Source of the DNA: Podarcis muralis
Lineage: Eukaryota
Length of the DNA: 64,000 bases
Assembly (NCBI RefSeq): GCF_964188315.1
Contig: NC_135667.1
Coordinates: forward strand, 14,012,001 to 14,076,000
Direction of reading: 5' to 3'
Made by a program: the position numbers and the translations under genes. The notes under the pieces were generated by a model. The model had not been told where the DNA came from, searched no databases, and was given only the letters and a program-made list of their open reading frames with translations. Shown piece by piece: positions 25,901-35,700 of this stretch (position 1 is the first letter of the stretch; each line of letters begins with the position of its first letter).

Positions 25901-28900
25901 ATTATTAGCAGGACCTGAGAGCAACAGCACACACCTTCCTGAAGTTTCCAGCAACTGGCATTCAGAAGAATTACTACCCCAGACTGGAGGCAGAGGATGG
26001 CCATCAAAAGCCTTATCCTCCAGGAATTGGTCCAATTTGGGATTCTGCCTGGGAGGATATTGGGATAAAAATGGAGTGGCAATGCTAAGGAATCCCCACT
26101 TTGGGCTGACATGGGCCAGGAATGGAGCACATGAGAGAAGCTCACCTGACGGACATCGTGGAGCCCAATCCAGACGTCGCTTATGTCTTGCTGGTAAGTG
26201 GAGATGTGCTCGGCCACCAAGAGAGTCTCTGCTTTGGTGAGGACAGAGGCAAGATGGGCTCCACGGCCATAGCTCTGGCACTCAATCTGAGGACAGAGAA
26301 GAAAAGAGAGAGATGTAATATCCTATCTTGTCCTACCCTATCAGCAAGGCTGGTGCAGAGCTGAATCCACCCCCCACTGGAATTAAAATTTTGTGGATGA
26401 TGATGATGATGATTTTAAAGTCACTTAACAACCCCCCCCCCCATTTGAGGGATATGTCTAAGAAGCACAATTCTTGATGGTGAGTTTTAAGGTAACATTG
26501 TTACTTATCAGCTTGTCATATTCATTATTTTTATACTAGCAGGTAGAGATGGGAGAGAAATTCAGGTCAGTACAGTGGTACCTCGGGTTAAGAACTTAAT
26601 TCGTTCTGGAGGTGCGTTCTTAACCTGAAACTGTTCTTAACATGAGGTACCACTTTAGCTAATGGGGCCTCCTGCTGCCACTGCGCCGCCACTGCACAAT
26701 TTCTGTTCTCATCCTGAAGCAAAGTTCTTAACCCAAGGTACTATTTCTGGGTTAGCGGAGTCTGTAACCTGAAGCATCTGTAACCTGAAGCACCTGTAAC
26801 CTGAAGTGTCTGTAACCCAAGGTACCACTGTACTCATTTTGAGGTGAGAGAAGGAGAAAAGAAAACTCCCCCTCCGATAATATCCAACCAGCTGGATTGG
26901 TGCAGTAGCAAAACTTTCCAAATCATGAGTTCTGCTTTGTGCAGTTTCAATTATTCTCAAATTTTTGCTTTCAAAATTGTAGGGATGTAACTGGTTGGGT
27001 GTCAAATGCTCCTTACCTCGGCCTCCTGCCACGTCAGTTTGGCATCAAAGTATGCATAGCAGTTGCCCTGGTTTTGCAGCCACTCCCTGGCGCAGGTGTC
27101 AGCCTCAGCTGCGTGGAGAGAGAGACAGAAACGGTGTTGGTGTTGGGCGGACAGATTGCTTAGAAGTTAGCAGGGTGGATAAAAATCAATGTTTGTTTTT
27201 TTTTAAATGGATTTTAAAAATTCAAATCTTTTTTTTTTTAAATTTCAATTGGATTTTTAAAACAAAATGCTTTTGGAGGAAAAATCTTTCTAAAGATAGT
27301 TTTCTATTTAAGTTACATTATACTCCAAAGGCTATTTGTGATGGGATGATGAGCTGCTTGTGCGTAAAATGCAAGTCCCTCAGAGTTTGATCAGGTTTTC
27401 AAACCTCTGCCTGTGACGGAGCCCCTCCAGCATGGCTGCGTCAATCGCTAGCAGAATCCGAAAGTGGTTGCTTTCGGAATCGTTTCCAACATAAAAGCTC
27501 CTTAACGGAAACACGTCTCCTGGACTCTCGGCGTGACAGTTTCCGGCAAGGAGTGGGTGTCCCTATAGGAGGTCCTGAGACCTCCCCACTGTTTTCGCTG
27601 GAAGCGTCTCTGAGCCATCCCTCCGACTCACTTTCCCTTGGAGTTCCTGATCTCCCCCTACTGGTTCCCTCTTCAGCTGCTACGTCTCTCTCAACCTCAG
27701 TGAGCCTTTGCACCTCCTGTCTTTCCGATGGCAGTTCCCTGACATCCACCTCCCCTCCAGGGCCCCCTTCACCCCCTCCCGTCTCCTCCCCTACGGGCTG
27801 TGAGGAGGTAAAACCCCTGAAAGAACCTTCCTCATCGTCCGAAGTTTCGAACACTTCCCTCCACTTGTTGCTGTCCCTGGTCTCTCGGTACTCCTCGTCA
27901 TCGGAGTCCATTCCCTCTTCCAACTCCGACTCCGCGAATCCTTCCAGTTCCTCTTCCTCGTCGGTGGTGCCGAAATACTCCCTCCTAAACCTTGCTACCG
28001 GCTGTGGTTTCCTCGGGAATCTTTGGTGGAACGTTTCTGTTAAAACCTCGTCATTGACCTCCCCTGCAGTCACCCAGGTGTTTTCTGACTCCGGTTCCCC
28101 TTCCCACGCCACCAAATACTCCACCTGATTTCCCTTCCACCTAGAATCGAGGATTTCCGCTACATGATTGCTGCGTTCCCTTTCTTCCAAGGCTGGTCCC
28201 CTGGCGTGCTCCCCTTCACGTCCCCCCCTGTATGGTGACAGTAACGACCTGTGGAACACTGGGTGCAATTTCATGTGGTTGGGTAACCGGAGTTTGAAAG
28301 CCACTGGGTTGATCTGCTGAATGACCTCAAAGGGTCCCAATCTTTTGGGTCTTAATTTCTTACAACCCCCTTTGAACGGCAACCCTTGGGTTGACAGCCA
28401 CACCTGATCCCCCACCCTTATGGTTTCACCTTCCCTTCTGTTCTTGTCTGCCTGCTTCTTATATTGTGCCTTGGCCCTTTCTAAGTTGAGCTGGAGCTGA
28501 TGATGGATCGCTTCCATCTCTTCTACAAAATGTTCGGCCGCTGGAACGCTCCATCTCTCCCCTCCATCCCCTGGAAATGCCCTGGGGTGACACCCGTAAT
28601 TAGCCAAAAAGGGGCTCATCCCTGTGGACACATTCTCCGCATTATTGTAGGCAAATTCTGCCAGCGCCAACTTTTCGACCCAATCGTTCTCTCTGTCATT
28701 GACATAACACCTCAGATATTGTTGGAGGATGCCATTTGCTCTTTCCGCCTGCCCGTTGGTTTCAGGGTGCCGGGCAGTCGAAAAATTGACTTCCACGTGC
28801 AGCAAGCTCATGAGCTTCCTCCAGAACCTGGAAGTAAATTGTTTGCCGCGGTCTGAGATCACCCTCAAGGGGGCTCCGTGCAACCTAAAGATGTGTTCTA

Positions 28901-31900
28901 CAAACAACTTCGCTGTTTCTTCCGCTGTGACTGCATGTGAGCATGCTACAAAGTGGCACATCTTAGTTAACAGGTCTACTACTACCATGATGGCTGTTTT
29001 CCCCTTGGACTTCGGCAGATCTGTCATAAAATCTATTGATACCGCTTCCCAAGGCCGTTCTGGTGTGGGTAATGGTTCTAATAACCCTGCCGGCGCCCTT
29101 CTTTCCCCTTTGGCTCGCTGACATTGGTCACACCCTCTTACATACTCCTTTACATCTTCCCTCACCTTGGGCCACCAAAATTCCCTGGTAACCAACCACA
29201 TGGTCTTGTGTTGCCCAAAATGTCCCGCCGTGGGGCTATCGTGCAACTGCTTGAGTACTCTCCCCCTCAATTCACCTTCTGGTATATACAGTGCCCCTTT
29301 GTAATACAATGCCCCATTTCTTTCCTCAAAACCTCCGGGTTTCTTGCCCTCCCCCCTGAGACCTCTGAGCTTATCCTGGGCATATTCATCATTTTCCGTT
29401 TCCTCTACCAGTTCTCGTTGCCCCACCAGCGCCGCCCCACACACCCAGCGGTCTTCAGGGATGACATGTCTCTCTTCGATTGCCCCCTCCCCCTCCAAAT
29501 ACTCTGGTTTGCGTGAGAGAGCGTCCGCCCTGACGTTTTCTGGGCCTGGCACATAACAAATTTCAAAGTGGAATTTGGAGAATTCCTGTGCCCATCTCAC
29601 TTGTCGTTGGTTGAGCACTCGAGCTGTTCTCCAATACTCTAAATTCTTGTGGTCGGTGCACACTTGCACCTTGTGTTGTGCCCCAATTAATAAATGTCTC
29701 CACCTCCGGAACGCTTCGTGAATGGCGAGTAGTTCCCTGTCATACACCGTGTAGTTCCTCTCGGATTTATTCAGCTTCCTCGAGAAGAAGGCACACGGTC
29801 TCCACTCCGACGTATTCCTCCCCGGTTGAAGAAGTACCGCCCCGATCGCCCGGTCGGATGCATCGGTTTCCACTCTCATGGGCTTTCGTAAGTCCACATG
29901 CAGAAGTTGTTCTTCCGAGGCGAAAGCCCCTTTCAGTTCTTCAAAAGCTCGCTCCGCCTCCGCCGTCCAAACAAATTTCTTCTTGCTGCTGAGGCAGTCG
30001 GTGATGGGCGCCGTCAAGTGTGCAAAGTTCTTGATGAACTTCCGATAAAAGTTCCCAAACCCCAGGAATCTTTGCACATCCTTCTTGGTCTTCGGTGTCT
30101 TCCATTCCAGTACCGCTTGGACCTTGCCTGGATCCATGGCCAATCCCTTGTCTGACAAGCGGTACCCCAGGAATTCCACCTCCTTGGTATGAAACTGGCA
30201 CTTCTCCAGTTTCACCCACAGCTGGTTGGCTTGCAGTCTGCCCAACACTTCTCGATCGTCCCTCACATGCTGCTCCTCGTTCTCCGAATACACCAACACG
30301 TCGTCTAAAAAGGCCACACAATTCTTGTAGAGCAAAGGTCCCAGGACGTGGTTCATAAAAGCTTGAAAGCATGCCGAGCCCGCTTGTAGACCGAAGGGCA
30401 TCACGAGGTATTCAAAGGCTCCCAGAGGGGTGAACATGGTGGTCTTCCATTCATCCCCCTTCCTTATGCGTATCAGATTGTACGCCCCCCGCAGGTCCAG
30501 TTTTGTAAAAATCTTCCCCTTCCTCACCCTGGTCAAAATGTCATCAATTCGGGGCATAGGAAAAGCCAGGGGTTCCGACACTGCATTCAGGGCCCTAAAG
30601 TCCACTACAAGTCTCGGCTTATCTGTGTTTTTTTTGTCCACAAAAAACACTGGGCTGCCCCCCACCGCTCTGGACTCTCTGATGAAACCTCGCTTCAGGT
30701 TTTTGTCAATGAACTCCCTCAACTCCTGCATCTCCCTGTCTGACATGGCATACAGCTTGCCCACTGGGAGTTGGGCCCCAGGGAGTAGGTTGATTTGACA
30801 GTCAAAGGGTCTATGCGGCGGCAGTTTGTCTGCTTCCCTTTCGCTGAATACGTTGCTCAGATCTGCGTATTGCGGGGGCACCTTCCCTTTATCCATTACT
30901 TCCATCCCGGCTAGGGTGACTCTGGCTCCTCCCGGAACCTTCCCCTGCTTGCAGTGTTCTAGGCAATGCGCTGACCCAAAGGAGACCACCCTCTGATGCC
31001 AGCCCACTAGCGGATCGTGTAGCGCCAGCCAGCTCATCCCCAAAATGATGGGAGCTCCTCCCAAGGTGGCCACATTAAACGCTATCCGTTCGGTGTGCCT
31101 TGCCACCCTCATTATCATCGGGACAGTCTGTTGGCTAACTTCTCCTCCCAACAGCTCTCTGCCGTCAATCGTGGTCACCTGCAAGGGGTTACTTAAAGGG
31201 ATGGTCTGTATCTGGTGCTCAGCTGCAAACTCCTTACTCATGAAATTACAGGAGCTGCCTGAATCCAAAAGCGCCTTGATCTGTAGTGGGTGTCCGTTTG
31301 GCAGCTCTAGCAACACCTCTATCACTAAAGCAGGTCTGGGAGGTTCTGGCGTGGGCACTTTCACTGCTCTTTGGCCTGGCTGCTGTGCCCCGACGGTGGC
31401 AGCCAGGCGTTGGCTTTTACTTGCTCCTTGCTTTCCTCCTCCTTTTCCCCAACAGCTCCTGCCATCCCTTGCCATTCCTTCCTCTGGGGGCATACTCTGG
31501 CAAAGTGCCCTGGCTGTTGGCAGAGATAACATTTCTTGGCGCTCTTTCCCTCCTTCTTCCGTCCTTCACTGGGATTTGAAACTGCGCGCGCCCGCGCTGT
31601 TCCAACTTCCATCGGCTCTGCCGGCGGGAAAGGTGGCTCTGGAATGTCTGGAATGCGGAAATCCCTCCAACGTTCTCCTTTCCCTTCCCGCCTTTCCAAA
31701 GCCCTCGCTTCCTGGCGCGCTCCTATGGCCAGCGCGGATTTGGTCAGCTGATCCATAGACTCCGCCCTGGGCCCCCGGGAAAGTTCATCTTTAACGGCCG
31801 AAGAAAGCCCCTCTTCGAAAAGCATTTGAATGGGCTCCGCCGATAGGTCCCACCCCAATTTATGAATCAACATAGTAAACTCAGTCCAGTACTCACGGAC

Positions 31901-34753
31901 AGATCGGCTCCCCTGTTTGCAAGCCATTAACTGCCTTCGCACCACTCCCTGCTCAATGTCGCTGGAAAACATCAGGTCCATGGCACGAAAAAACTTCCTC
32001 GTGTCCTTTAGGATCTCATTATTCACTGCCATCAGGGGTCTAACCCAGTCCTTCGCCCCCGATTCGAGATGGCCAATTACAAAAGCCACTCGCGATTCCT
32101 CGTCGGGGAAGTCATCAAACTGCAGGTTGAGAGCGTATTGCATCTCTGTTCTAAAGGCATGATAGTTTCTGGGATCCCCCCCGAATTTCTGCACCAATCC
32201 TGGCACCTTTCTGGCGAGCGGGGTGGTTTTCTCCTTTCCCTTCTCTGCATCCTGAGCCCTCCTCTCCTCAAGCCTCGCCGTTTGCATGGCAAGCTGGATT
32301 TCCAACGCCCTGTACCTTTCTTCCAGGCTTGGACCCCCTCCAGCTGCTCCTGCTCCTCCGGTTCTGGCTGGGTCGCTCATGATGCCTCTCCCTGCACAAG
32401 CTGGCTTTCGGGGACTTTCGGATTGCTGTGATGGGATGATGAGCTGCTTGTGCGTAAAATGCAAGTCCCTCAGAGTTTGATCAGGTTTTCAAACCTCTGC
32501 CTGTGACGGAGCCCCTCCAGCATGGCTGCGTCAATCGCTAGCAGAATCCGAAAGTGGTTGCTTTCGGAATCGTTTCCAACATAAAAGCTCCTTAACGGAA
32601 ACACGTCTCCTGGACTCTCGGCGTGACAGTTTCCGGTGAGGAGTGGGTGTCCCTATAGGAGGTCCTGAGACCTCCCCACTGTTTTCGCTGGAAGCGTCTC
32701 TGAGCCATCCCTCCGACTCACTTTCCCTTGGAGTTCCTGATCTCCCCCTACTGGTTCCCTCTTCAGCTGCTACGTCTCTCTCAACCTCAGTGAGCCTTTG
32801 CACCTCCTGTCTTTCCGATGGCAGTTCCCTGACACTATTCATCAGTAAATAAGGATTTGTTTTAAGTTTTTCATGTGTGCTAAAACTTAGTCTAAGTTTT
32901 TTTAAATTGTTTAACCACCTCAGTTAACAAACATGGATACATATGGTATAATGTTATTGTTTTAGTTAAATAAATTGCTTAAATTGTTATTAAGGAAATG
33001 AGTATTTTTCTCCTTCCAGTAAAGTACAGCAGAAAGGTTGTCCAAATATAAACAGTTAATTATTAAGCCTCACAATAATTTCATAATTATCTGTCTATGT
33101 ATTTCTAATAGTATAACCTAATCAGTAATTTTTGATATAACTGTAAAAACTATTCTGAAAATTTATTATTCCAAAAATGAAACCTTCATCTGGTTGTCAA
33201 TATTAAGATTATACCAGCAAGAATGAGCCTTTCTGTTAAAAAAGAGTGATTTAAATCAAGTCTTACTGACTAGTGATTTAAATTGATTTGATTTAAATCA
33301 AATCCACCCTGGAAGTTAGGGGAGAATGTTCCCTGTAAGGAAGAAAACCCTACCTCACCCGTAGATGCCAGGTGGCATAGACTTGCCCCACATAATTGTT
33401 TATGGAATGGTATTCCAGGGGTAGGGGAAATATCAGGCCTGGGGCCAAATATGCCCCTCCAAGCTTCTCTGTCTGGTCCTTTGAACTCTCCATAGGCCAC
33501 GCCCATTCACAGGCCACACCCCTTATTGGCCCTGTTTTACACCCTAAACGTTTTTGCTTCACAGTTCCTGAACTTTGATATCGCATCTCACTTGCCTTTT
33601 GTTGATATACCACCAGTCCTCTCAGGAGCTTGACGTGGCATACATGCCTCTCTCAACTACACAAGGATCATGCAAGGCAGGTTAGGTTGAGAGATAGTGT
33701 CCAGCCCAAGGCTGAGCTTAATGGCTGCATGAGGATTTGAACTTGGGTTGCCCCAGCCCTAGTCCAACACTTTCCAGCCTACCCCAACCTGGTGCCCTCC
33801 CCGTCATTGGACTCCCGACACCCATCAGCCCCACCAAGCGTGGTCAACACTCAGGACCGAGGAGGAATGGAATTGCCAAAAAAAGATGTTAAATTATTTT
33901 TGTATGCCACTACAATGGCAAGACTGCTGTTAGCTAAAAATTGGAAATCTCAAGAAATCCCAATGGTGGAAGAATGGCAGATGAAGATGTTGGACTTTTT
34001 GGAGCTAGCCGACCTGACTGGAAGAGTCCACGACCAGAAAGAAGAGGAATATCAAGAAGATTGGAAGAAATTTAAGGATTATTTGAATAAATATTGTAAT
34101 ATAAATAATTAGAAGTCACTTGAAAGCACCAAATAGGCCTAGGATTAAAATAGGATTTAATTGTAAGTAAGCTGGATTTAGAACAGTAAGAAAAGAGAAC
34201 AAGATAGTTAATTGCTGGAAATAATTTTAGTTTAAGAATGATATTGGAGAGCTGTTACACGCAGATACAATGAAATTCAGAAGGGAGGGATCTGAGGAAG
34301 TCAATTAACAATGTAAGAGAAATTGGGTTTTCAAGGGATATGTGTTTAAGATTTCTTTTTTCTTTTTCTTTTTTAGTAATATGTTTTCTTCTCTTTTTTC
34401 TATGTTGTATTTGTTGTAATTGTGGAAAATTTAATATATTTTTTTAAACAAAAAAAACAAAAAAACAAAAACAAAAATCCCCCACAACACTCATTGTAGC
34501 CCAACAACACCCACTAAACCACAGAGACCCACTAATGTTAAGGACTGCAGGAGCCAGATGGAGATTTTGGGTTAGCCTTATCTCCAATATCTTTTGGAAA
34601 GACTAAAAAGATCTGGTGATAGGTATTCAGTCAAGTCCGTTTGTTAACTGATCATGCGATGTCAGTATTTGTTAAGGGGAACTCACCTCCCAGGAAAGGA
34701 TTTGCGACCAGGATGCCCAGGAGGCAAAGGCTGAAGTAGGTGAAGAGTCCCAT
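22906..34753 (-). CDS. C-type lectin paralog 1 (160 aa, QPD/WND galactose-type, REG/snake-lectin-like). Coding exons 34753-34687, 27108-27017, 26286-26146, 24574-24460, 22973-22906
   Basis: GT-AG boundaries and consistent phases give MGLFTYFSLCLLGILVANPFLG-AEADTCAREWLQNQGNCY...[14 protein letters not shown]...VWIGLHD...WRWAD...QPDNYRKAEYCVEL...WNDAPC...YICKHEL*; six CTLD cysteines. Confidence 0.93.
23182..23255 (+). mobile_element. Very short BovB/RTE 3' insertion
   Basis: Matches the 3' end of the 21.5 kb copy; (CAA)n tail; 12-bp TSD aaagtttcagtt at 23170-23181 and 23256-23267. Confidence 0.9.
23778..24003. mobile_element. Tc1/mariner (Tigger-like) MITE
   Basis: TA-CAGTGGTACCTCGGG...AAGGTACCACTG-TA; same family as 12016-12241. 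Confidence 0.85.
25081..25905 (+). mobile_element. L2 LINE 3' fragment with a nested Tc1/mariner MITE (25425-25747)
   Basis: [36 protein letters not shown]; (ATT)n tail; nested TA-CAGTGGTGCCTCG...GGGGCACCACTG-TA. Confidence 0.88.
26573..26830. mobile_element. Tc1/mariner (Tigger-like) MITE in lectin 1 intron 3
   Basis: Same TIRs and TA flanks as the other copies. Confidence 0.85.
27441..31532 (-). CDS. pol: Gypsy Pol (protease, RT, RNase H, integrase, chromodomain, acidic tail); probably expressed by -1 frameshift from gag
   Basis: LLDSGS protease; LVVDFRALN and FLDD RT; TDASD/DRELLAI/TDHKNL/ADALSR RNase H; HHCC zinc finger, DFMTDLP/SDRG/GQAER DDE integrase; GPF motif; ILDSR..YLVAW..ENTW chromodomain. 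Confidence 0.97.
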   Translation of the reverse strand: MLSLPTARALCQSMPPEEGMARDGRSCWGKGGGKQGASKSQRLAATVGAQQPGQRAVKVPTPEPPRPALVIEVLLELPNGHPLQIKALLDSGSSCNFMSKEFAAEHQIQTIPLSNPLQVTTIDGRELLGGEVSQQTVPMIMRVARHTERIAFNVATLGGAPIILGMSWLALHDPLVGWHQRVVSFGSAHCLEHCKQGKVPGGARVTLAGMEVMDKGKVPPQYADLSNVFSEREADKLPPHRPFDCQINLLPGAQLPVGKLYAMSDREMQELREFIDKNLKRGFIRESRAVGGSPVFFVDKKNTDKPRLVVDFRALNAVSEPLAFPMPRIDDILTRVRKGKIFTKLDLRGAYNLIRIRKGDEWKTTMFTPLGAFEYLVMPFGLQAGSACFQAFMNHVLGPLLYKNCVAFLDDVLVYSENEEQHVRDDREVLGRLQANQLWVKLEKCQFHTKEVEFLGYRLSDKGLAMDPGKVQAVLEWKTPKTKKDVQRFLGFGNFYRKFIKNFAHLTAPITDCLSSKKKFVWTAEAERAFEELKGAFASEEQLLHVDLRKPMRVETDASDRAIGAVLLQPGRNTSEWRPCAFFSRKLNKSERNYTVYDRELLAIHEAFRRWRHLLIGAQHKVQVCTDHKNLEYWRTARVLNQRQVRWAQEFSKFHFEICYVPGPENVRADALSRKPEYLEGEGAIEERHVIPEDRWVCGAALVGQRELVEETENDEYAQDKLRGLRGEGKKPGGFEERNGALYYKGALYIPEGELRGRVLKQLHDSPTAGHFGQHKTMWLVTREFWWPKVREDVKEYVRGCDQCQRAKGERRAPAGLLEPLPTPERPWEAVSIDFMTDLPKSKGKTAIMVVVDLLTKMCHFVACSHAVTAEETAKLFVEHIFRLHGAPLRVISDRGKQFTSRFWRKLMSLLHVEVNFSTARHPETNGQAERANGILQQYLRCYVNDRENDWVEKLALAEFAYNNAENVSTGMSPFLANYGCHPRAFPGDGGERWSVPAAEHFVEEMEAIHHQLQLNLERAKAQYKKQADKNRREGETIRVGDQVWLSTQGLPFKGGCKKLRPKRLGPFEVIQQINPVAFKLRLPNHMKLHPVFHRSLLSPYRGGREGEHARGPALEERERSNHVAEILDSRWKGNQVEYLVAWEGEPESENTWVTAGEVNDEVLTETFHQRFPRKPQPVARFRREYFGTTDEEEELEGFAESELEEGMDSDDEEYRETRDSNKWREVFETSDDEEGSFRGFTSSQPVGEETGGGEGGPGGEVDVRELPSERQEVQRLTEVERDVAAEEGTSRGRSGTPRESESEGWLRDASSENSGEVSGPPIGTPTPCRKLSRRESRRRVSVKELLCWKRFRKQPLSDSASD
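31361..32380 (-). CDS. gag: Gypsy Gag (339 aa, PEG10/sushi-like capsid plus CCHC zinc knuckle)
   Basis: First ATG at 32380 (MSDPARTGG); capsid-like FGGDP...RVAFVIGHL..AKDW...RQGSRSVREYWTEF...EGLSSAVKDEL; CYLCQQPGHFARVC. Confidence 0.93.
   Translation of the reverse strand: MSDPARTGGAGAAGGGPSLEERYRALEIQLAMQTARLEERRAQDAEKGKEKTTPLARKVPGLVQKFGGDPRNYHAFRTEMQYALNLQFDDFPDEESRVAFVIGHLESGAKDWVRPLMAVNNEILKDTRKFFRAMDLMFSSDIEQGVVRRQLMACKQGSRSVREYWTEFTMLIHKLGWDLSAEPIQMLFEEGLSSAVKDELSRGPRAESMDQLTKSALAIGARQEARALERREGKGERWRDFRIPDIPEPPFPPAEPMEVGTARARAVSNPSEGRKKEGKSAKKCYLCQQPGHFARVCPQRKEWQGMAGAVGEKEEESKEQVKANAWLPPSGHSSQAKEQ
33870..34480 (+). mobile_element. L1/Tx1-like LINE 3' fragment
   Basis: LFLYATTMARLLLAKNWKSQEIP.VEEWQMKM..., homologous to the 37 kb and 44 kb fragments; A-rich tail. 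Confidence 0.7.
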
Positions 34754-35139
34754 CTTCTGGTTGACCTTTGAGGGTGGAGAGGACAGTAAGTTTGAAACCG
34801 TCTATATGCAACTACCTCTGAGCTACAGCCCTTGCTGCTACAACTTCCTGCAAGAACCTCCTCTATGAACCCATCATCTCAGCTCAAAGTCTTTGAAAGT
34901 TCCCCACACTCTAGGTCTGCGGTGGGAATCCTGTGGCCCAGGTTTGATCACATTTGACCCACAAAGTTGAGTAGGAAGAGGAGGGAGAGCTGGGGTGGCA
35001 GAGAAAGAGATGGGGAATGCTGCAACCCCCACCCACTTTTGACTCCAGCTTTTGACTGCCACCAGATGTTTCCCTGAATGACTTTCTCTATGCATCAACA
35101 ACCCTTCAAAGGTAGTAGTAGTAGTAGTAGTACTAGTAG

Positions 35140-35700
35140 TAATAAATTTTATTTATACCCCGCCCTCCTCAGCTCAGGGTGGCTAACACCAGGTATAAAA
35201 CAATTGTTTGAAATACAACTTCAAAACAAGATTAAAATACAACATTAAAATGCAGCCTCATTTGAGTAGGAACTCAAATAAAAAACTTTTTTGGGGATGA
35301 AAACGTCAAGTCTTCGCCAAGGCCAACTATCCAGACTGGTCCTACATGGTCCAGAAGAAAGCCAGGGAAGCCCCCAAATAGGAGTTCCATCACAGAAGGA
35401 GAAAGGGAAAAGGAAAGAGGGGGAGGGGATCAAGTTGATTCCAAGCCAAAGGCCAGGTGGAACAACTCTGTCTTACAGGCCCTGCGGAAAGAAATCAGAT
35501 CCCGCAGGGCCCTGGTCTCATGAGGCAGAGCGTTCCACCAGGCCGGAGCCAGTGTTGAAAAGGCCCTGGCTCTGGTTGAGGTTATTCTGACTTCCTTAGG
35601 GCCTGGGACCTCTAGGGTGTTACTATTTATGGACCTTAATGCCCTCCGTGGGGCATACCAGGAGAGGCGGTCCCGTAGGTACGAGGGTCCTAGGCTGTAA
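35140..35700 (-). mobile_element. L2 LINE 3' fragment
   Basis: LGPSYLRDRL..RARAFSTLAPAWWNALP..FRRACKTELF. Confidence 0.85.

Larger units (their letters stand above)
27337..32834 (-). mobile_element. Full-length Ty3/Gypsy LTR retrotransposon (chromovirus, Tf1/sushi-like)
   Basis: 408-bp TG...CA LTRs at 32834-32427 and 27744-27337 differing at only 2 nt; 5-bp TSD ctatt; polypurine tract GGAGGGGGAGGTGGA before the 3' LTR; uninterrupted gag and pol. Confidence 0.98.
27171..33311. mobile_element. hAT-type non-autonomous element (~640 bp, 27171-27336 plus 32840-33311) split by the Gypsy insertion
   Basis: TIRs CAGGGTGGAT...ATCCACCCTG; exact 8-bp TSD gaagttag at 27163-27170 and 33312-33319. Confidence 0.85.

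Noticed and set aside
25565-26281. 238-aa and 201-aa ORFs over lectin 1 exon 4
   Set aside because: Chance read-through across an exon, a microsatellite, an L2 fragment and a MITE.
30295-30310. FLDD instead of YLDD in the RT active-site motif
   Set aside because: F at this position occurs in other Ty3/Gypsy RTs, so it is not evidence of inactivation.
27553-31758. Plus-strand ORFs antisense to the Gypsy element (191 aa, 237 aa and others)
   Set aside because: Shadows of the GC-rich pol/gag frames with no independent motifs.
32381-32464. N-terminal gag extension MHFTHKQL in the ORF track
   Set aside because: It starts at TTG inside U5; the first ATG is at 32380.
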